A DNA stretch of 64,000 nucleotides from an uncultured Gemmatimonas sp. Lineage in GTDB: Bacteria > Gemmatimonadota > Gemmatimonadetes > Gemmatimonadales > Gemmatimonadaceae. Of this stretch, positions 8,720 through 20,217 are shown in pieces. The DNA lies in assembly GCA_964498895.1 (NCBI GenBank), contig CAZCIM010000003.1:9186-73185 (forward strand). Direction: 5' to 3'. Below the pieces are notes generated by a model. That model had not been told where the DNA came from, searched no databases, and worked only from the letters and a program-made list of their open reading frames with translations. Position numbers and translations under genes: made by a program. How positions within the stretch are numbered: position 1 is the first letter of the stretch; each line of letters opens with the position of its first letter.

Positions 8720-10864
8720 ATGCGCCCAACCCGCCTGTTTTGTTCCCTGCTCGCCGTTGCCCTGCTCGCGCTTCCCGCGGCTGGGCAGCAGGCTCCCCCC
8801 ACCGACTCCGCAGCGCGTGATTCCCTGCGCGCGCAGGCCATCGCCGCCCAGCGGGTGACGGTGACGCGCGGCGAGGCAGCCTTGGATCGCGTGCCGTGGG
8901 CGGTCGGGACGCAGCGCACGGAGCAGATTCGCCGCGGCCAGGCCACGGTGGGCATCGATGAAGCGCTGGCCAACATCCCGGGCGTCGTGGTGGCCAATCG
9001 CTACAACTACGCGCTCGACCAGCGCGTGTCGATTCGCGGGACGGGCAGCCGCGCCAACTTCGGCCTGCGCGGCGTGAAGGTGCTGCTCGACGGCGTGCCG
9101 CAGTCCTTGCCCGACGGCCAGAGTCAGCTCACCAACGTGGACCTCGCCGCCATTGGCTCGGTGGAAGTGCTGCGAGGCTCGGCGTCGTCGTTATACGGCA
9201 ATGGCTCCGGCGGCGTGATCGCGTTCACGACGGACCTCTCGTCGCCGACGCCCTTGGGCCTGACGCTGCGGCACACCGCCGGCTCGTTCGGTCTCGAGAA
9301 GTCGCAGCTACGCCTTGCGGGGCGCGCCGGGAGCACGCTGGGCATGCTCAGCGTCTCGCGCACGCGCACGGACGGGTTCCGGCAGTACAGTCGCGCCGAG
9401 ACCTCTCAGTTGCTGGCGGCCGTGGACCAAGCCATCGGCGCGCGACACACCCTGCAGCTGCGTGCGGGGACTGCCGAGGTGCCGACGGCGCTCAACCCCG
9501 GCGCACTCACGGCGGCCGAATATGCCGCGAATCCTGATTCCGCCGCCCTCGCCAACGTGAACCGCGGGGCCAGTCGCGAGGTCACGCAGCGCTACGTGTC
9601 GGCGCGCATCCGCGGCGTGATGGACCGTGGCGAGTGGAGCACGGCGCTGTACCTGCAGCGCCGTTTCGTGGACAACGCCTTGGCCGTGCCGCCGCCCGGC
9701 GCCCCGACGGCGGCGACGTCGCCGCGGGGCACGTTCAGCACGTTGGATCGCCGCGTGACGGGCGCCCGCGTGGACCTGCGTCGCGAGCTGGCGCCCACGC
9801 TGCGGCTCTCCACGGGCTTCGACCTGCAGCGCAGCTTCGATGTGCGCCGCAACCAGGCCGCCACCGGGGGTCGCCCGACCGCGCCGACGGATACCCTGCT
9901 GCTCGACCAGAACGAAATTGTCGAGAGCGTTGGACCCTTCGCGCAGCTGCAGTGGGAGCCGCGTGGCGATCTCACGCTGAGCGTCGGGGCGCGCTGGGAC
10001 CGCCTGCGTTTCGCGGTGAACGACAACTTCCTCGCCGACAGCGCGGACAACACGGGCCGCCGGTTGCTCACGGCGACGACCGGTCACGTGGGCGCCGTGT
10101 GGCGGTTGCGCGATTGGCTGGCGCCGTACGCGAACATGGCGACGGCCTTCGAGACGCCCACGACCACGGAACTGCAGGTGCGGCCGGACGGGCAGGGCGG
10201 GTTCAATCCCGAACTCGGCCCGCAGCGCCTGCGCACCGTGGAAGTCGGCGCGCGCGGGCGCTGGGGGGCGCGGCTCAGCTACGAGCTCGCGCTGTTCGAG
10301 GTCAACGCGGACGACGCCATCGTGCAGTATCTCGAGACCAGCGGGCGCGCGTTCTTCCGCAATGCGGGGCGCACGCGCAGTCGCGGCGCCGAGCTGGGGC
10401 TGGGCCTGCGCGCCGCGCGCTGGCTGGAGTTGCAGGCGGCGTACACGCTCGCGGACTATCGCTTTGGCGATTATATCCTGCCGCTCACGAGCACCACGGC
10501 GGACACGCTCGACGGCAATCGACTCGCCGGCGTGCCGGAACGCGCGCTGCGCGTCGGCGCCCGCGCGCGCTGGGCGGCGACCACGCTCGACATCGACCAC
10601 AGTACGCAGGGCGATGTGTTCGGGGACGACCGGAACCTCGTGCCGGTGCGCGGCTGGGGCCGCGGGCAGCTGAACCTGCGACTCGCACACAGTGCCACGT
10701 GGAGCGGCTGGCGGGCCGAGCCCTTCGTGAGCGTGCAGAACCTCTTCGATGAACGCTACGTGTCGGCGGTGACGCTCAACGGCGCGTTCGGGCGCGTGTT
10801 GGAGAGTGCGCCGGGCCGCAACTGGTACGTGGGGCTCGAGCTCGCGGCGCCGCTGCTACGCTGA
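8720..10864 (+). CDS. TonB-dependent receptor
   Basis: Signal peptide; plug motifs SIRG, VLLDGVP, VEVLRGSASSLYG; beta-barrel C-terminus NLFD..GRNWYVGLE. Confidence 0.9.
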   Translation: MRPTRLFCSLLAVALLALPAAGQQAPPTDSAARDSLRAQAIAAQRVTVTRGEAALDRVPWAVGTQRTEQIRRGQATVGIDEALANIPGVVVANRYNYALDQRVSIRGTGSRANFGLRGVKVLLDGVPQSLPDGQSQLTNVDLAAIGSVEVLRGSASSLYGNGSGGVIAFTTDLSSPTPLGLTLRHTAGSFGLEKSQLRLAGRAGSTLGMLSVSRTRTDGFRQYSRAETSQLLAAVDQAIGARHTLQLRAGTAEVPTALNPGALTAAEYAANPDSAALANVNRGASREVTQRYVSARIRGVMDRGEWSTALYLQRRFVDNALAVPPPGAPTAATSPRGTFSTLDRRVTGARVDLRRELAPTLRLSTGFDLQRSFDVRRNQAATGGRPTAPTDTLLLDQNEIVESVGPFAQLQWEPRGDLTLSVGARWDRLRFAVNDNFLADSADNTGRRLLTATTGHVGAVWRLRDWLAPYANMATAFETPTTTELQVRPDGQGGFNPELGPQRLRTVEVGARGRWGARLSYELALFEVNADDAIVQYLETSGRAFFRNAGRTRSRGAELGLGLRAARWLELQAAYTLADYRFGDYILPLTSTTADTLDGNRLAGVPERALRVGARARWAATTLDIDHSTQGDVFGDDRNLVPVRGWGRGQLNLRLAHSATWSGWRAEPFVSVQNLFDERYVSAVTLNGAFGRVLESAPGRNWYVGLELAAPLLR

Positions 10865-10901
10865 GCGCCGCTGCCGTTGCAGCCCTGATTAGCTTGCCCC
10901 G

Positions 10902-11432
10902 ATGCCAACGACGAAGAATCTCGCGTTCGAAGTGCGCGACTCCGGCATTGCCGGCAAGGGCGCGTTTGCCATCCGACCGATCGCCAAGGGCGAACAGCTC
11001 ATCGAGTACGTGGGCGAGCGCATCACGCATGCCGAGGCCGATGCCCGCTACGACGACGAGTCCATGGACGAGCACCACACGTTCCTGTTCACGATCTCGT
11101 CGCGCATGGTGATCGACGCGACGTACGACGGCAATGAGTCGCGGTACATCAACCACTCCTGCGATCCCAACTGCGAGGCGGAGATCGACAAGGGCCGCGT
11201 CTTCATCTCGGCCATCCGCGACATCGCGGTTGGCGAAGAGCTGCACTATGACTATGCCTACGAGCGCAGCGGCGATGAGACGGAGGAGGACGAGCGCCGC
11301 TACAAGTGCCTCTGCGGGACGTCCAAGTGCCGCGGCTCCATCATGGAGCCGGTGAGCGTGTTCAAGGCGCGGAAGCGCAAGGAAGCGGCGCAGCGCGCCG
11401 CGCGGAAGCGAAAGGCCGCTACGAAGAAGTAG
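10902..11432 (+). CDS. SET-domain protein methyltransferase with post-SET motif
   Basis: GKGAFA, RYINHSCDPN, GEELHYDY, post-SET CLCGTSKC. Confidence 0.9.
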   Translation: MPTTKNLAFEVRDSGIAGKGAFAIRPIAKGEQLIEYVGERITHAEADARYDDESMDEHHTFLFTISSRMVIDATYDGNESRYINHSCDPNCEAEIDKGRVFISAIRDIAVGEELHYDYAYERSGDETEEDERRYKCLCGTSKCRGSIMEPVSVFKARKRKEAAQRAARKRKAATKK

Positions 11433-12039
11433 CGGCCCGCCAGGCGCGCGAGGCCTCGACGTCCTCGCGCGTGAGCTGGTGGCCGACGGGGCTCCAGCGG
11501 AGCTCCACCTCCGCCCCCGCCTCGCGCAGCATCGCGGCGAGCCGCTCGCTGTTGCTCGGCGGGATGATCGGATCGTGCTGGCCCGCGGCGATGAACACGC
11601 GCGTGCCGCGCAGGTCCGGCAGGGGCGCCACCTCGAGCGGCACCATCGCGCGGTAGAGGATCGCTTCCTTCACGAGGCCGGGGCGCAGGAGCAGCAGGGC
11701 GGCCGCGATGTTCGCGCCGTTGCTGAAGCCCACGGCCGTCACGCCGTCGGTGGGAAACCCATACTGCGCGCTGGCGCCGACGACGAAGTCGCCCAACTGC
11801 TGCGTGCGCGCCTTCAGGTCAGGAATGTCGAACACGCCCTCGGCCAAGCGCCGGAAGAAGCGCGGCATGCCGTGCTCCAACACTTGCCCGCGCGGCGAGA
11901 GCAGGTTGGCGCCCCGGTCGATCAAGTCGCCGAGCGGTATGAGGTCGTTCTCGTCGCCGCCGGTCCCGTGCAGCAGCAGCAGCGTACGCGCGCTGCCCTC
12001 ACGGGGCTCCCAGCGGTGGGTAAAGGCAAGGTCGGTCAC
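11419..12039 (-). CDS. Alpha/beta hydrolase (phospholipase/carboxylesterase type)
   Basis: LLLHGTGG, GFSNGA nucleophile, D and GHQL; GTG start at 12039 overlaps the upstream stop. Confidence 0.85.
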   Translation of the reverse strand: MTDLAFTHRWEPREGSARTLLLLHGTGGDENDLIPLGDLIDRGANLLSPRGQVLEHGMPRFFRRLAEGVFDIPDLKARTQQLGDFVVGASAQYGFPTDGVTAVGFSNGANIAAALLLLRPGLVKEAILYRAMVPLEVAPLPDLRGTRVFIAAGQHDPIIPPSNSERLAAMLREAGAEVELRWSPVGHQLTREDVEASRAWRAATSS

Positions 12040-12689
12040 GGAAACCAAGCACGGATGACAGTTGCCTTCACAATCCGGTCCAGCAGCGGAAAGTTCGCCG
12101 TGAAGTAGGCCTCGCCCTCGCGCGCGATTCGGTCCTGCTGCGGCGCGTTGGCGCCGTCGCCATAGCCCGTGTAGAACGCGTCCACCGCATCCATGCCGGC
12201 GATTACCTCGCCGATCGGCGGGAAGCCCAGGCCGTCGAGCCGCGCGTTGTCGCGGAGGTTGATGAACATCTGCGTGGTGCGCGTGTTCGGGCCGCCGCTG
12301 GCGAACACAAGGGTGCCGCGGCGGTTGCTCTGCCGCACCGTGTCGTCGGGGATGCTGCGCGTGCGCCATTGGGCGCTGAGAGCCGGATCGGCAGCGAGTC
12401 CGAACTGCGTGACGAAGCCGCGAATCGTGCGGAAGAATCGCGCACCGTCGTAGAAGCCCGTGGCGACGGCTTCGTAGAACTGCGCCGCGCCATACGGGGC
12501 CCACTGGCGATGCACCATCGCGAGCACCTCGCCCTTGGTCGTCTCGAGGCGCACCACGAACGAATCGGGAATCACGCCAGGCTGGAAAGGCGCCACCACC
12601 GGCTCGGGCGGCGAAGCCGGCGTGCGTGGGGCGCAGGCGGCGAGGGACACGGCGAACATCGCCGCGGCGAGCGAGCGAAGCGTGAACAT
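12036..12689 (-). CDS. Cyclophilin-type peptidyl-prolyl isomerase (lipoprotein)
   Basis: Lipobox LAAC; FYDGARFFR..FVTQFG, TRTTQMFIN. Confidence 0.9.
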   Translation of the reverse strand: MFTLRSLAAAMFAVSLAACAPRTPASPPEPVVAPFQPGVIPDSFVVRLETTKGEVLAMVHRQWAPYGAAQFYEAVATGFYDGARFFRTIRGFVTQFGLAADPALSAQWRTRSIPDDTVRQSNRRGTLVFASGGPNTRTTQMFINLRDNARLDGLGFPPIGEVIAGMDAVDAFYTGYGDGANAPQQDRIAREGEAYFTANFPLLDRIVKATVIRAWFP

Positions 12690-12694
12690 GGGGT

Positions 12695-13237
12695 TCAGAG
12701 GATGTTGTCGTCGCGGCGCATCACGAGCGTACGATCGCGCTCGCGCGTGCCGTTGCGGTACGAGAACGGCACGGTGATCTCCCGCGCGTTCACGACGGTG
12801 CCGGCGAGCATGCGCAGGCCGCGGGTGTCTTCCGTGGGGTCGGGCGTGAAGCGCACTTCGGTACCGACGATCTCATAGGTGCCGGTGACGGCCATGGTCT
12901 GCAGCGGGATGCTGCGGTCGCGGCCCCGCGGATCGGCGGAGTACAGCGTGCGGCGGTAGCGCACGGACGCGCGGAACTTGCCGTCGCTGCGCAGGGAGAG
13001 CACGAGGCGATCGAACACGATCAAGTACGTCGTGCCGTCGTCGTCCACCACGCGATCCGTCTGCGGCAGCGAGTCGCGGTCGATGCGTGCGGCCACGAAG
13101 GTGCCGGCGCTCACGCGCACGGTGGCTGGGCTGGCGGGCGCGGGTCGTGCCTGGGCGCCGAGCGCGGGCGCGGCGATCACCGCCGCAGTCAGCAGCGATG
13201 CGGCGAGCACCACGGGCGGCAGGAGTCGCGCGAGCAT
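12695..13237 (-). CDS. Secreted hypothetical protein
   Basis: Signal peptide, co-oriented with the PPIase, TAGTTT 6 nt upstream of ATG. Confidence 0.7.
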   Translation of the reverse strand: MLARLLPPVVLAASLLTAAVIAAPALGAQARPAPASPATVRVSAGTFVAARIDRDSLPQTDRVVDDDGTTYLIVFDRLVLSLRSDGKFRASVRYRRTLYSADPRGRDRSIPLQTMAVTGTYEIVGTEVRFTPDPTEDTRGLRMLAGTVVNAREITVPFSYRNGTRERDRTLVMRRDDNIL

Positions 13238-13327
13238 TGGGGAAAACTATGCGCGAGGTGCGATGCGCGGCCACCACCAGCAACACGAATGTTTGGCCGC
13301 GCCCCGTGGCCGCTGCACACTCGGCGC

Positions 13328-14860
13328 ATGCTTGCTGCCATCCAATCCGCCGCCGTGCTCGGCGTCGATGCCTATGCCGTGACGGTCGAAGTGGACGCAG
13401 CCGCCGGACTGCCCGGCTGGACGATGGTCGGGTTGCCGAGCGGCAGCGTGAAGGAAGCGCGTGAGCGCGTGGGCGCGGCGCTGGCCAACGCAGGCTTGCA
13501 GCTGCCGCCCCGACGGTGGACCGTGAACCTCTCGCCGGCGGACGTGCGCAAGGATGGCACGGCCTTCGATCTCCCCATCGCGCTCGGGGCACTGGTGGCC
13601 AGCGGGCAACTGCCGGCTGCCGCGGTGGACGGCCTCCTCTGCGTCGGCGAACTGGGGCTGGATGGCTCGATCCGCCCGATCCGCGGTGCCCTCCCGCTCG
13701 CGCGCGCGGCGCGAGACGGGGCGGCGCGTGCGCTCGTGCTCCCCGCGGCGAACGCGGCCGAGGCCGCGTTGCTGCGGGAGGTGCGGCTCGCGCCCTGCGC
13801 ATCCTTGGCCGAGCTGGTCGCGCATTTGCGGAAGGGAACGCTGCCGGAGCCGCCGCCACACGCGGCTCCGTTGGCCAGCGCATCGGACGCCTGCCTCAGC
13901 GAGGTGGTTGGGCAGGCCGTGGCCAAGCGCGCGCTGGAACTCGCGGCGGCGGGCGGGCACAACATGTTGATGGTCGGCCCGCCGGGCGCCGGCAAGACCA
14001 TGCTCGCACGACGCCTGCCCAGCATCATGCCGCCCTTGGACGACGACGCATTGCTCGAGGTGGTGGCGGTGCACAGCGTCGGCGGCATCTTGCCCACGGA
14101 CCGCACGCCCACGCGCACGCCGCCGTTCCGCGCGCCGCACCATACCATTTCGCTGCCGGGGCTGATCGGCGGCGGCCCCGGTCCGAGGCCGGGCGAGGTC
14201 TCGCTGGCCCACCGCGGCGTGCTGTTCCTCGACGAACTGCTCGAGTTGCCGCGCTACGTACTCGATGCGATGCGGCAGCCCATCGAGGATGGCCGCGTGA
14301 CGATTGTCCGCGCGGCGCAGAGCGTCGCGTTTCCGGCACGCTTCCTGCTCGCCGGCGCGGCGAATCCTTGCCCATGTGGCTACGACGGTGAACCGGTGTC
14401 GCGCTGCCGCTGCTCGGCCGCGGAGATCGCGCGTTACCGCGCGCGACTCAGCGGCCCGCTGGCCGATCGCATCGACCTGCACGTGCGCATCGGGGCCGTG
14501 AAGCTGGCCGCCCTCGGCGAGATGGCGCAGGAGGAGACGAGCGAGGTCGTGCGGGCGCGGGTGGCCGCGGCGCGCGCGCGGCAGGCCCAGCGGTACGCCG
14601 TGCTGCCGGGCGTGCGGCTCAACGCCGAGGCGCCGGGGCGCTGGCTGCAGCAGCACGGGCTGCTCTCGCGCGAGGCCACGTCCTTGCTCGCAGAGGCCGC
14701 CGATCGCCTCCGGCTCTCGGCCCGCACCTATCACCGCGCCCTGCGCGTGGCGCGCACCGTGGCGGACCTCGATGGCAGCGAACGCATCACCACCAGCGCG
14801 CTGGCGGAAGCGCTGTTGTTCCGGGGGAGTGACTCCCAAGAGGGCGGGGGGAGCGGATAG
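13328..14860 (+). CDS. comM: YifB/ComM Mg-chelatase-related AAA+ ATPase
   Basis: VGLP..VKEARERV, GPPGAGKT, PFRAPHH, AHRGVLFLDE, NPCPCG. Confidence 0.9.
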   Translation: MLAAIQSAAVLGVDAYAVTVEVDAAAGLPGWTMVGLPSGSVKEARERVGAALANAGLQLPPRRWTVNLSPADVRKDGTAFDLPIALGALVASGQLPAAAVDGLLCVGELGLDGSIRPIRGALPLARAARDGAARALVLPAANAAEAALLREVRLAPCASLAELVAHLRKGTLPEPPPHAAPLASASDACLSEVVGQAVAKRALELAAAGGHNMLMVGPPGAGKTMLARRLPSIMPPLDDDALLEVVAVHSVGGILPTDRTPTRTPPFRAPHHTISLPGLIGGGPGPRPGEVSLAHRGVLFLDELLELPRYVLDAMRQPIEDGRVTIVRAAQSVAFPARFLLAGAANPCPCGYDGEPVSRCRCSAAEIARYRARLSGPLADRIDLHVRIGAVKLAALGEMAQEETSEVVRARVAAARARQAQRYAVLPGVRLNAEAPGRWLQQHGLLSREATSLLAEAADRLRLSARTYHRALRVARTVADLDGSERITTSALAEALLFRGSDSQEGGGSG

Positions 14861-14893
14861 CTTTCACGCTTTCCCTCACCCAGCCCAAGCCTC

Positions 14894-16618
14894 GTGCGGA
14901 TTCTCGCTCGCCGCTCTTTGCATGTCGCGTTGCCCCTCTTGCTCACCGCGCCCCTCGCGCTGGTCGCGCAGGGGACCGCGCCCTACGACGTCTTGATCCT
15001 CAACGGGCGCATCGTGGACGGCAGCGGCGGCCCCTCGTTCTATGGCGATCTCGCCATCCGCGGCGACCGCATCGCGGTCGTGGGCCCGAGCGGCTTCCTC
15101 GACGGCCGTCAGGCGAAGGACACCGTGGATGCCACGGGCTTGGTGGTCTCGCCGGGCTTCATCGACATCCTCGGCCAGAGCGGCTGGTACTTCCTGTACG
15201 GCGACTCGCGGCTGATCGCCAAGGTCTCGCAGGGTGTGACGACGGAGATCATCGGCGAGGGCACCACCTACGCGCCGCTCAACCCGCGCTTCATCGGCGC
15301 GCGGCCGGACTCGTTGGCGCGGCGCTTTTCGCAGCCGGACGGCTTCGGACGCTTCCTCGAGACCATGGAGAAGCGCGGCGCATCGGTGAATGTCGGCGCC
15401 TTCGTGGGCGGCCACACGCTGCGGCAGTACGGCATGAGCACGCGCACCGGGCCCGCGTCGGCGGCGGCGATCCGCGAGATGCAAGGCGCGCTCAGCCGCG
15501 CGATGCGCGACGGGGCCTTCGGCATCGGCACGGCGCTGATCTACGCGCCGGGGACCTTCGCTGGGCCTGACGAGCTGATCGAGGTCTCCAAGGCGATGGC
15601 CGAGTACGACGGCATCTATGCGACGCACCTCCGCTCGGAGGGCGATGGTCTGCTCGATGGCCTCGACGAGGCGATCCGCATCGGCCGCGACGCCGGCGTG
15701 CGCGTGGAGATCTGGCATCTCAAGGCCGCCGGTCGCCTGAACTGGAACAAGGGCGCCGAGTCCCTGGCCCGCATCGAGGACGCGCGCGCCACGGGCTTGG
15801 ACATCGAAGCGAACATGTATCCGTACGTGGCCGCCGCCACGGGGCTCACCTCCTGCCTGCCGCCCAGCGCGCAGGGTGCGCAGCTGTACACGCGCCTCGC
15901 CAACGCCGAGCAGCGTGCCGCCATCCGTCGCGAGATCGAGCGGCCGACGTCGTTCTGGGAGAATCTCTGCGCCTTGGCCACGCCCGAGAACGTGCTGATC
16001 TCGCGGCTCACCGTGGACTCGCTGCGCAAATACTCGGGCCAGCGGCTCTCGCAGATTGCGCAGCAGATGGGCGTGGACTGGATCGACGCTGCGTTCCGGT
16101 TGATCCGCGCCGAACGGAATCGGGTGGAGACGATCTACTTCTTGATGGACGAGGCGAACGTCGTCGAGAACATGCGGCGGCCCTGGATGAAGTTCGGGTC
16201 TGACGCCGGTGGCCCCAACCCGCGCGCGGCGTCGGGGCTCGTGCATCCGCGGTCGTACGGCACGTTCACGCGCGTGCTCGGGCCCTACGTGCGCGACCAG
16301 CAGGTGATCTCGCTCGAGGACGCGATTCGCAAGATGACCTACGCAAATGCGCGCCGATTGGGCATCCAGGAGCGCGGCTTGCTCGCGCCCGGCTTCTTTG
16401 CCGACGTCGTCGTGTTCGATCCCAACACTGTGGGTGATCGCTCGACGTTCGAGCGCCCGCACCAGGTGTCGGTGGGCGTGCTGCGCACCTACGTGAATGG
16501 CACACTGGTGTGGCGCAACGGGCAGCATACCGGCGCCAAGCCGGGGCGCGCGGTGCGTGGGCCGGCGTACCGCCCGGGCGCGTCCCGTGCAGCGGCGGCG
16601 GCCACGCCCGAGGGCTAG
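14894..16618 (+). CDS. N-acyl-D-amino-acid deacylase family amidohydrolase
   Basis: GRIVDGSG, SPGFID, THLRSE, WHLK, GSD, HPRSYGTF. Confidence 0.85.
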   Translation: MRILARRSLHVALPLLLTAPLALVAQGTAPYDVLILNGRIVDGSGGPSFYGDLAIRGDRIAVVGPSGFLDGRQAKDTVDATGLVVSPGFIDILGQSGWYFLYGDSRLIAKVSQGVTTEIIGEGTTYAPLNPRFIGARPDSLARRFSQPDGFGRFLETMEKRGASVNVGAFVGGHTLRQYGMSTRTGPASAAAIREMQGALSRAMRDGAFGIGTALIYAPGTFAGPDELIEVSKAMAEYDGIYATHLRSEGDGLLDGLDEAIRIGRDAGVRVEIWHLKAAGRLNWNKGAESLARIEDARATGLDIEANMYPYVAAATGLTSCLPPSAQGAQLYTRLANAEQRAAIRREIERPTSFWENLCALATPENVLISRLTVDSLRKYSGQRLSQIAQQMGVDWIDAAFRLIRAERNRVETIYFLMDEANVVENMRRPWMKFGSDAGGPNPRAASGLVHPRSYGTFTRVLGPYVRDQQVISLEDAIRKMTYANARRLGIQERGLLAPGFFADVVVFDPNTVGDRSTFERPHQVSVGVLRTYVNGTLVWRNGQHTGAKPGRAVRGPAYRPGASRAAAAATPEG

Positions 16619-16630
16619 CTTTTCATCGCG

Positions 16631-17491
16631 ATGATGGCTGCCACGCCCCTCGAGTCCCCCAACGACGCGCAGCGCGCCAAGGAAGCCGCGCTCGTCGCGT
16701 GGTTCCGCGCGCAGCAATCGGTGTTGGTGGGATTCTCGGGCGGCGTGGACTCCGCGTACCTCGCCATCGTCGCGCACGGGACGCTCGGCGCCGAACGTGC
16801 GCTGGCGGTGATCGGACGCAGCGCCTCGTACCCGGCGGCGCAGTGGGCCACGGCCCGCGGCGTCGCCGATGGGTTCGGCCTCGCGGTGCTCGAGGTGGAC
16901 ACCGACGAGATGAACGATCCGCGCTATGCGGCGAATCCCACCAATCGCTGCTACTTCTGCAAGAGTGAGCTGTGGACGCGGCTCGCACCGATTGCCGCCG
17001 CGCGCGGCCTCGCGACCATCGTGGACGGCACCAACGCGGATGACCTGGGCGACTATCGCCCAGGCGCGCAGGCGGCGCGCGAGCACGGCGTGCGCTCGCC
17101 GCTGGCGGAGTTGGGCTTCACGAAGGCCGATATCCGCGCGCTGAGCCGTGCGCGGGGCATCCCGACGTGGGCGCAGCCTTCGTCGCCGTGCTTGTCGTCG
17201 CGCCTGCCGTATGGAACGCCGGTCACGCCCGAGCGCCTGCTGATGGTGGAACGCGCCGAGGCCGCGCTGCGCGCCCTGGGCATCACCGGGGACCTCCGCG
17301 TGCGGCACTTTGGTACGACGGGCAGGGTAGAGATGTCGCGTGAGGCGCTCGCCGAGTGGCAGCAGCCGGCACAGCTCGCGCAGGTCGAAGGTGCGGTACG
17401 CGCCGCGGGCTTCACCGACGTGGAGCTGGACCCGCGCGGGTTCCGTTCCGGTGGGCTCAACGTCCTGGCTGGCGTGCCGGGCGCATCGTGA
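16631..17491 (+). CDS. larE: LarE-family ATP-dependent sulfur transferase
   Basis: PP-loop FSGGVDS, NRCYFCK, DGTNADDLGDYRPG, PCLSSR. Confidence 0.85.
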   Translation: MMAATPLESPNDAQRAKEAALVAWFRAQQSVLVGFSGGVDSAYLAIVAHGTLGAERALAVIGRSASYPAAQWATARGVADGFGLAVLEVDTDEMNDPRYAANPTNRCYFCKSELWTRLAPIAAARGLATIVDGTNADDLGDYRPGAQAAREHGVRSPLAELGFTKADIRALSRARGIPTWAQPSSPCLSSRLPYGTPVTPERLLMVERAEAALRALGITGDLRVRHFGTTGRVEMSREALAEWQQPAQLAQVEGAVRAAGFTDVELDPRGFRSGGLNVLAGVPGAS

Positions 17492-17528
17492 CCTGCACGC
17501 CGTTGCGTTCCGAACCGGAGAGGCGCTG

Positions 17529-17662
17529 ATGTTCTTTGGATTGATCGGGCGCATTGGCTGCGCCATCCTGTTGCTGATCATCGGCGCGGCGGGCTACGCG
17601 ACCAAGGACATCTGGATCCCGAAGGTCAAGCCGCATCTCCCGCCCATCGTGCAGGAGTGGCT

Positions 17663-17666
<4 letters not shown>
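17529..17666 (+). CDS. 45-aa single-TM small protein
   Basis: GGAG RBS, ATG 17529, MFFGLIGRIGCAILLLIIGAAGY...; stop overlaps the next GTG (GTGA). Confidence 0.65.
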
Positions 17667-19032
<1,366 letters not shown>

Positions 19033-19036
<4 letters not shown>

Positions 19037-19539
19037 GTGAGCGCGACTGGGACGCTGAGCTGAAGAAGATCGACGCCGAGATGGCGAAGGCGGCCAGCCG
19101 TCCGGCGCCGGCGCCGACGCGTGCCGCGGCCCCGGCGGCTGGCGGCGCGCTTGGTGCGGGCGGCGGGCTTGCGGGTGGCGCTGCGGGTGCGGGTGGCGGT
19201 CTCGCGGGAATTGGCGCCGCCGGCGCGCCGGCCACGACCAACTTCGGTGTCTACGCCCGCCTCACGCTCGCCGTGGCCATCGGCGTGGGAATCATCTTCT
19301 GGCCCTATGCCAACCGCTGCGGACTCGGCCTCGCGGGCTATCTCGGGGCGGTCGGGGCCGTGATCGTGAGTGGCGCGTGGAGCGCGGTGTGGACGTTCCG
19401 GCACCGCGCCGGGCGCGCGCACTTTCTGGCGTTGCTGCTCGTGCTGTGGGGGCTGATCCTCGCGGCGATGGATGTGCTGCCGCGCATCGGGTACGCCAAG
19501 CCGACGACGGAGCATCCAGCCGCTTGGGCCTGCGAGTAG
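19033..19539 (+). CDS. Hypothetical membrane protein
   Basis: ATGA overlap with the upstream stop; MSERDWDAELKKID, Gly/Ala linker, three TM helices. Confidence 0.75.
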
Positions 19540-19556
19540 GCGCCGTTCCCAAGGAT

Positions 19557-19687
19557 TCACCACAGAGGCACGGAGACAGAGAGACTGCGCCGGCGGTGAA
19601 CCGCGACTCCTGGGGGCTCGCGCCGACATTCTGGCTCGAGCCCCCGACGGTTCTTGCGGTCTCTGTGCCTCTGTGCTTCCGTGGTGA
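19557..19687. repeat. About 130-bp nested inverted repeat (REP/MITE-like) between convergent genes
   Basis: Outer arms TCACCACAGAGGCACGGAGACAGAGAGACTGC / GCGGTCTCTGTGCCTCTGTGCTTCCGTGGTGA; inner GGGGGCTCG..CGAGCCCCC. Confidence 0.75.
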
Positions 19688-19698
19688 GCGCCGGTGGT

Positions 19699-20196
19699 CT
19701 ACGACGCCAGCCACACTGCGCGCTCCAGCCGCATCACGTGGCAGTCATCCGCGCCGAACTGGCGGCGCTCCACGAACGCGAAGCCCAGCCGCTCGTGGAA
19801 GCGGATCGCGTCCACGTTGCTCACCAACGGGTCAATGAGGATCGCCGTCACCTCGGGCGGCGCGAAGCAGCGCGCGATGGCGAGCCGCATGGCCTCGCCG
19901 CCGATGCCTCGGCCGCGATGTTCGGCCTCACCGATCCAGATGTCGATCGCCCGCAGGCCCGGGCCGCAGTCACCCCAGTAATGCGTCTCTTCGATCTCCG
20001 GGTCGATGATCTGCACGAAGCCCACGGGCACCCCGTCGGCCTCGATCACCAGCTGCTCGCGCCACGGGGGCGTCCTGGCCAGCTCGTCGGCCCAGTGCCA
20101 TTCGTCGTTGGAGTCGGAGTCGATGACATCCGGATCCTCGTCCCAGCGCTCAAGCAGCGGGAGGTCGGCCACGGTGGCGTCACGGAGGATGACCAT
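19699..20196 (-). CDS. GNAT N-acetyltransferase (AAC(6')-like)
   Basis: GFVQ..AIDIWIGE..RGRGIG, IDP..N..AIRFHERLGF; ATG at 20196 (C-terminal part of the long track ORF). Confidence 0.8.
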   Translation of the reverse strand: MVILRDATVADLPLLERWDEDPDVIDSDSNDEWHWADELARTPPWREQLVIEADGVPVGFVQIIDPEIEETHYWGDCGPGLRAIDIWIGEAEHRGRGIGGEAMRLAIARCFAPPEVTAILIDPLVSNVDAIRFHERLGFAFVERRQFGADDCHVMRLERAVWLAS

Positions 20197-20217
20197 GGGA
20201 CTCGCTAGATTTGGGGG

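Noticed and set aside
19085-19235. Gly/Ala-rich repetitive stretch
   Set aside because: Low-complexity linker in a membrane protein, not a discrete repeat element.
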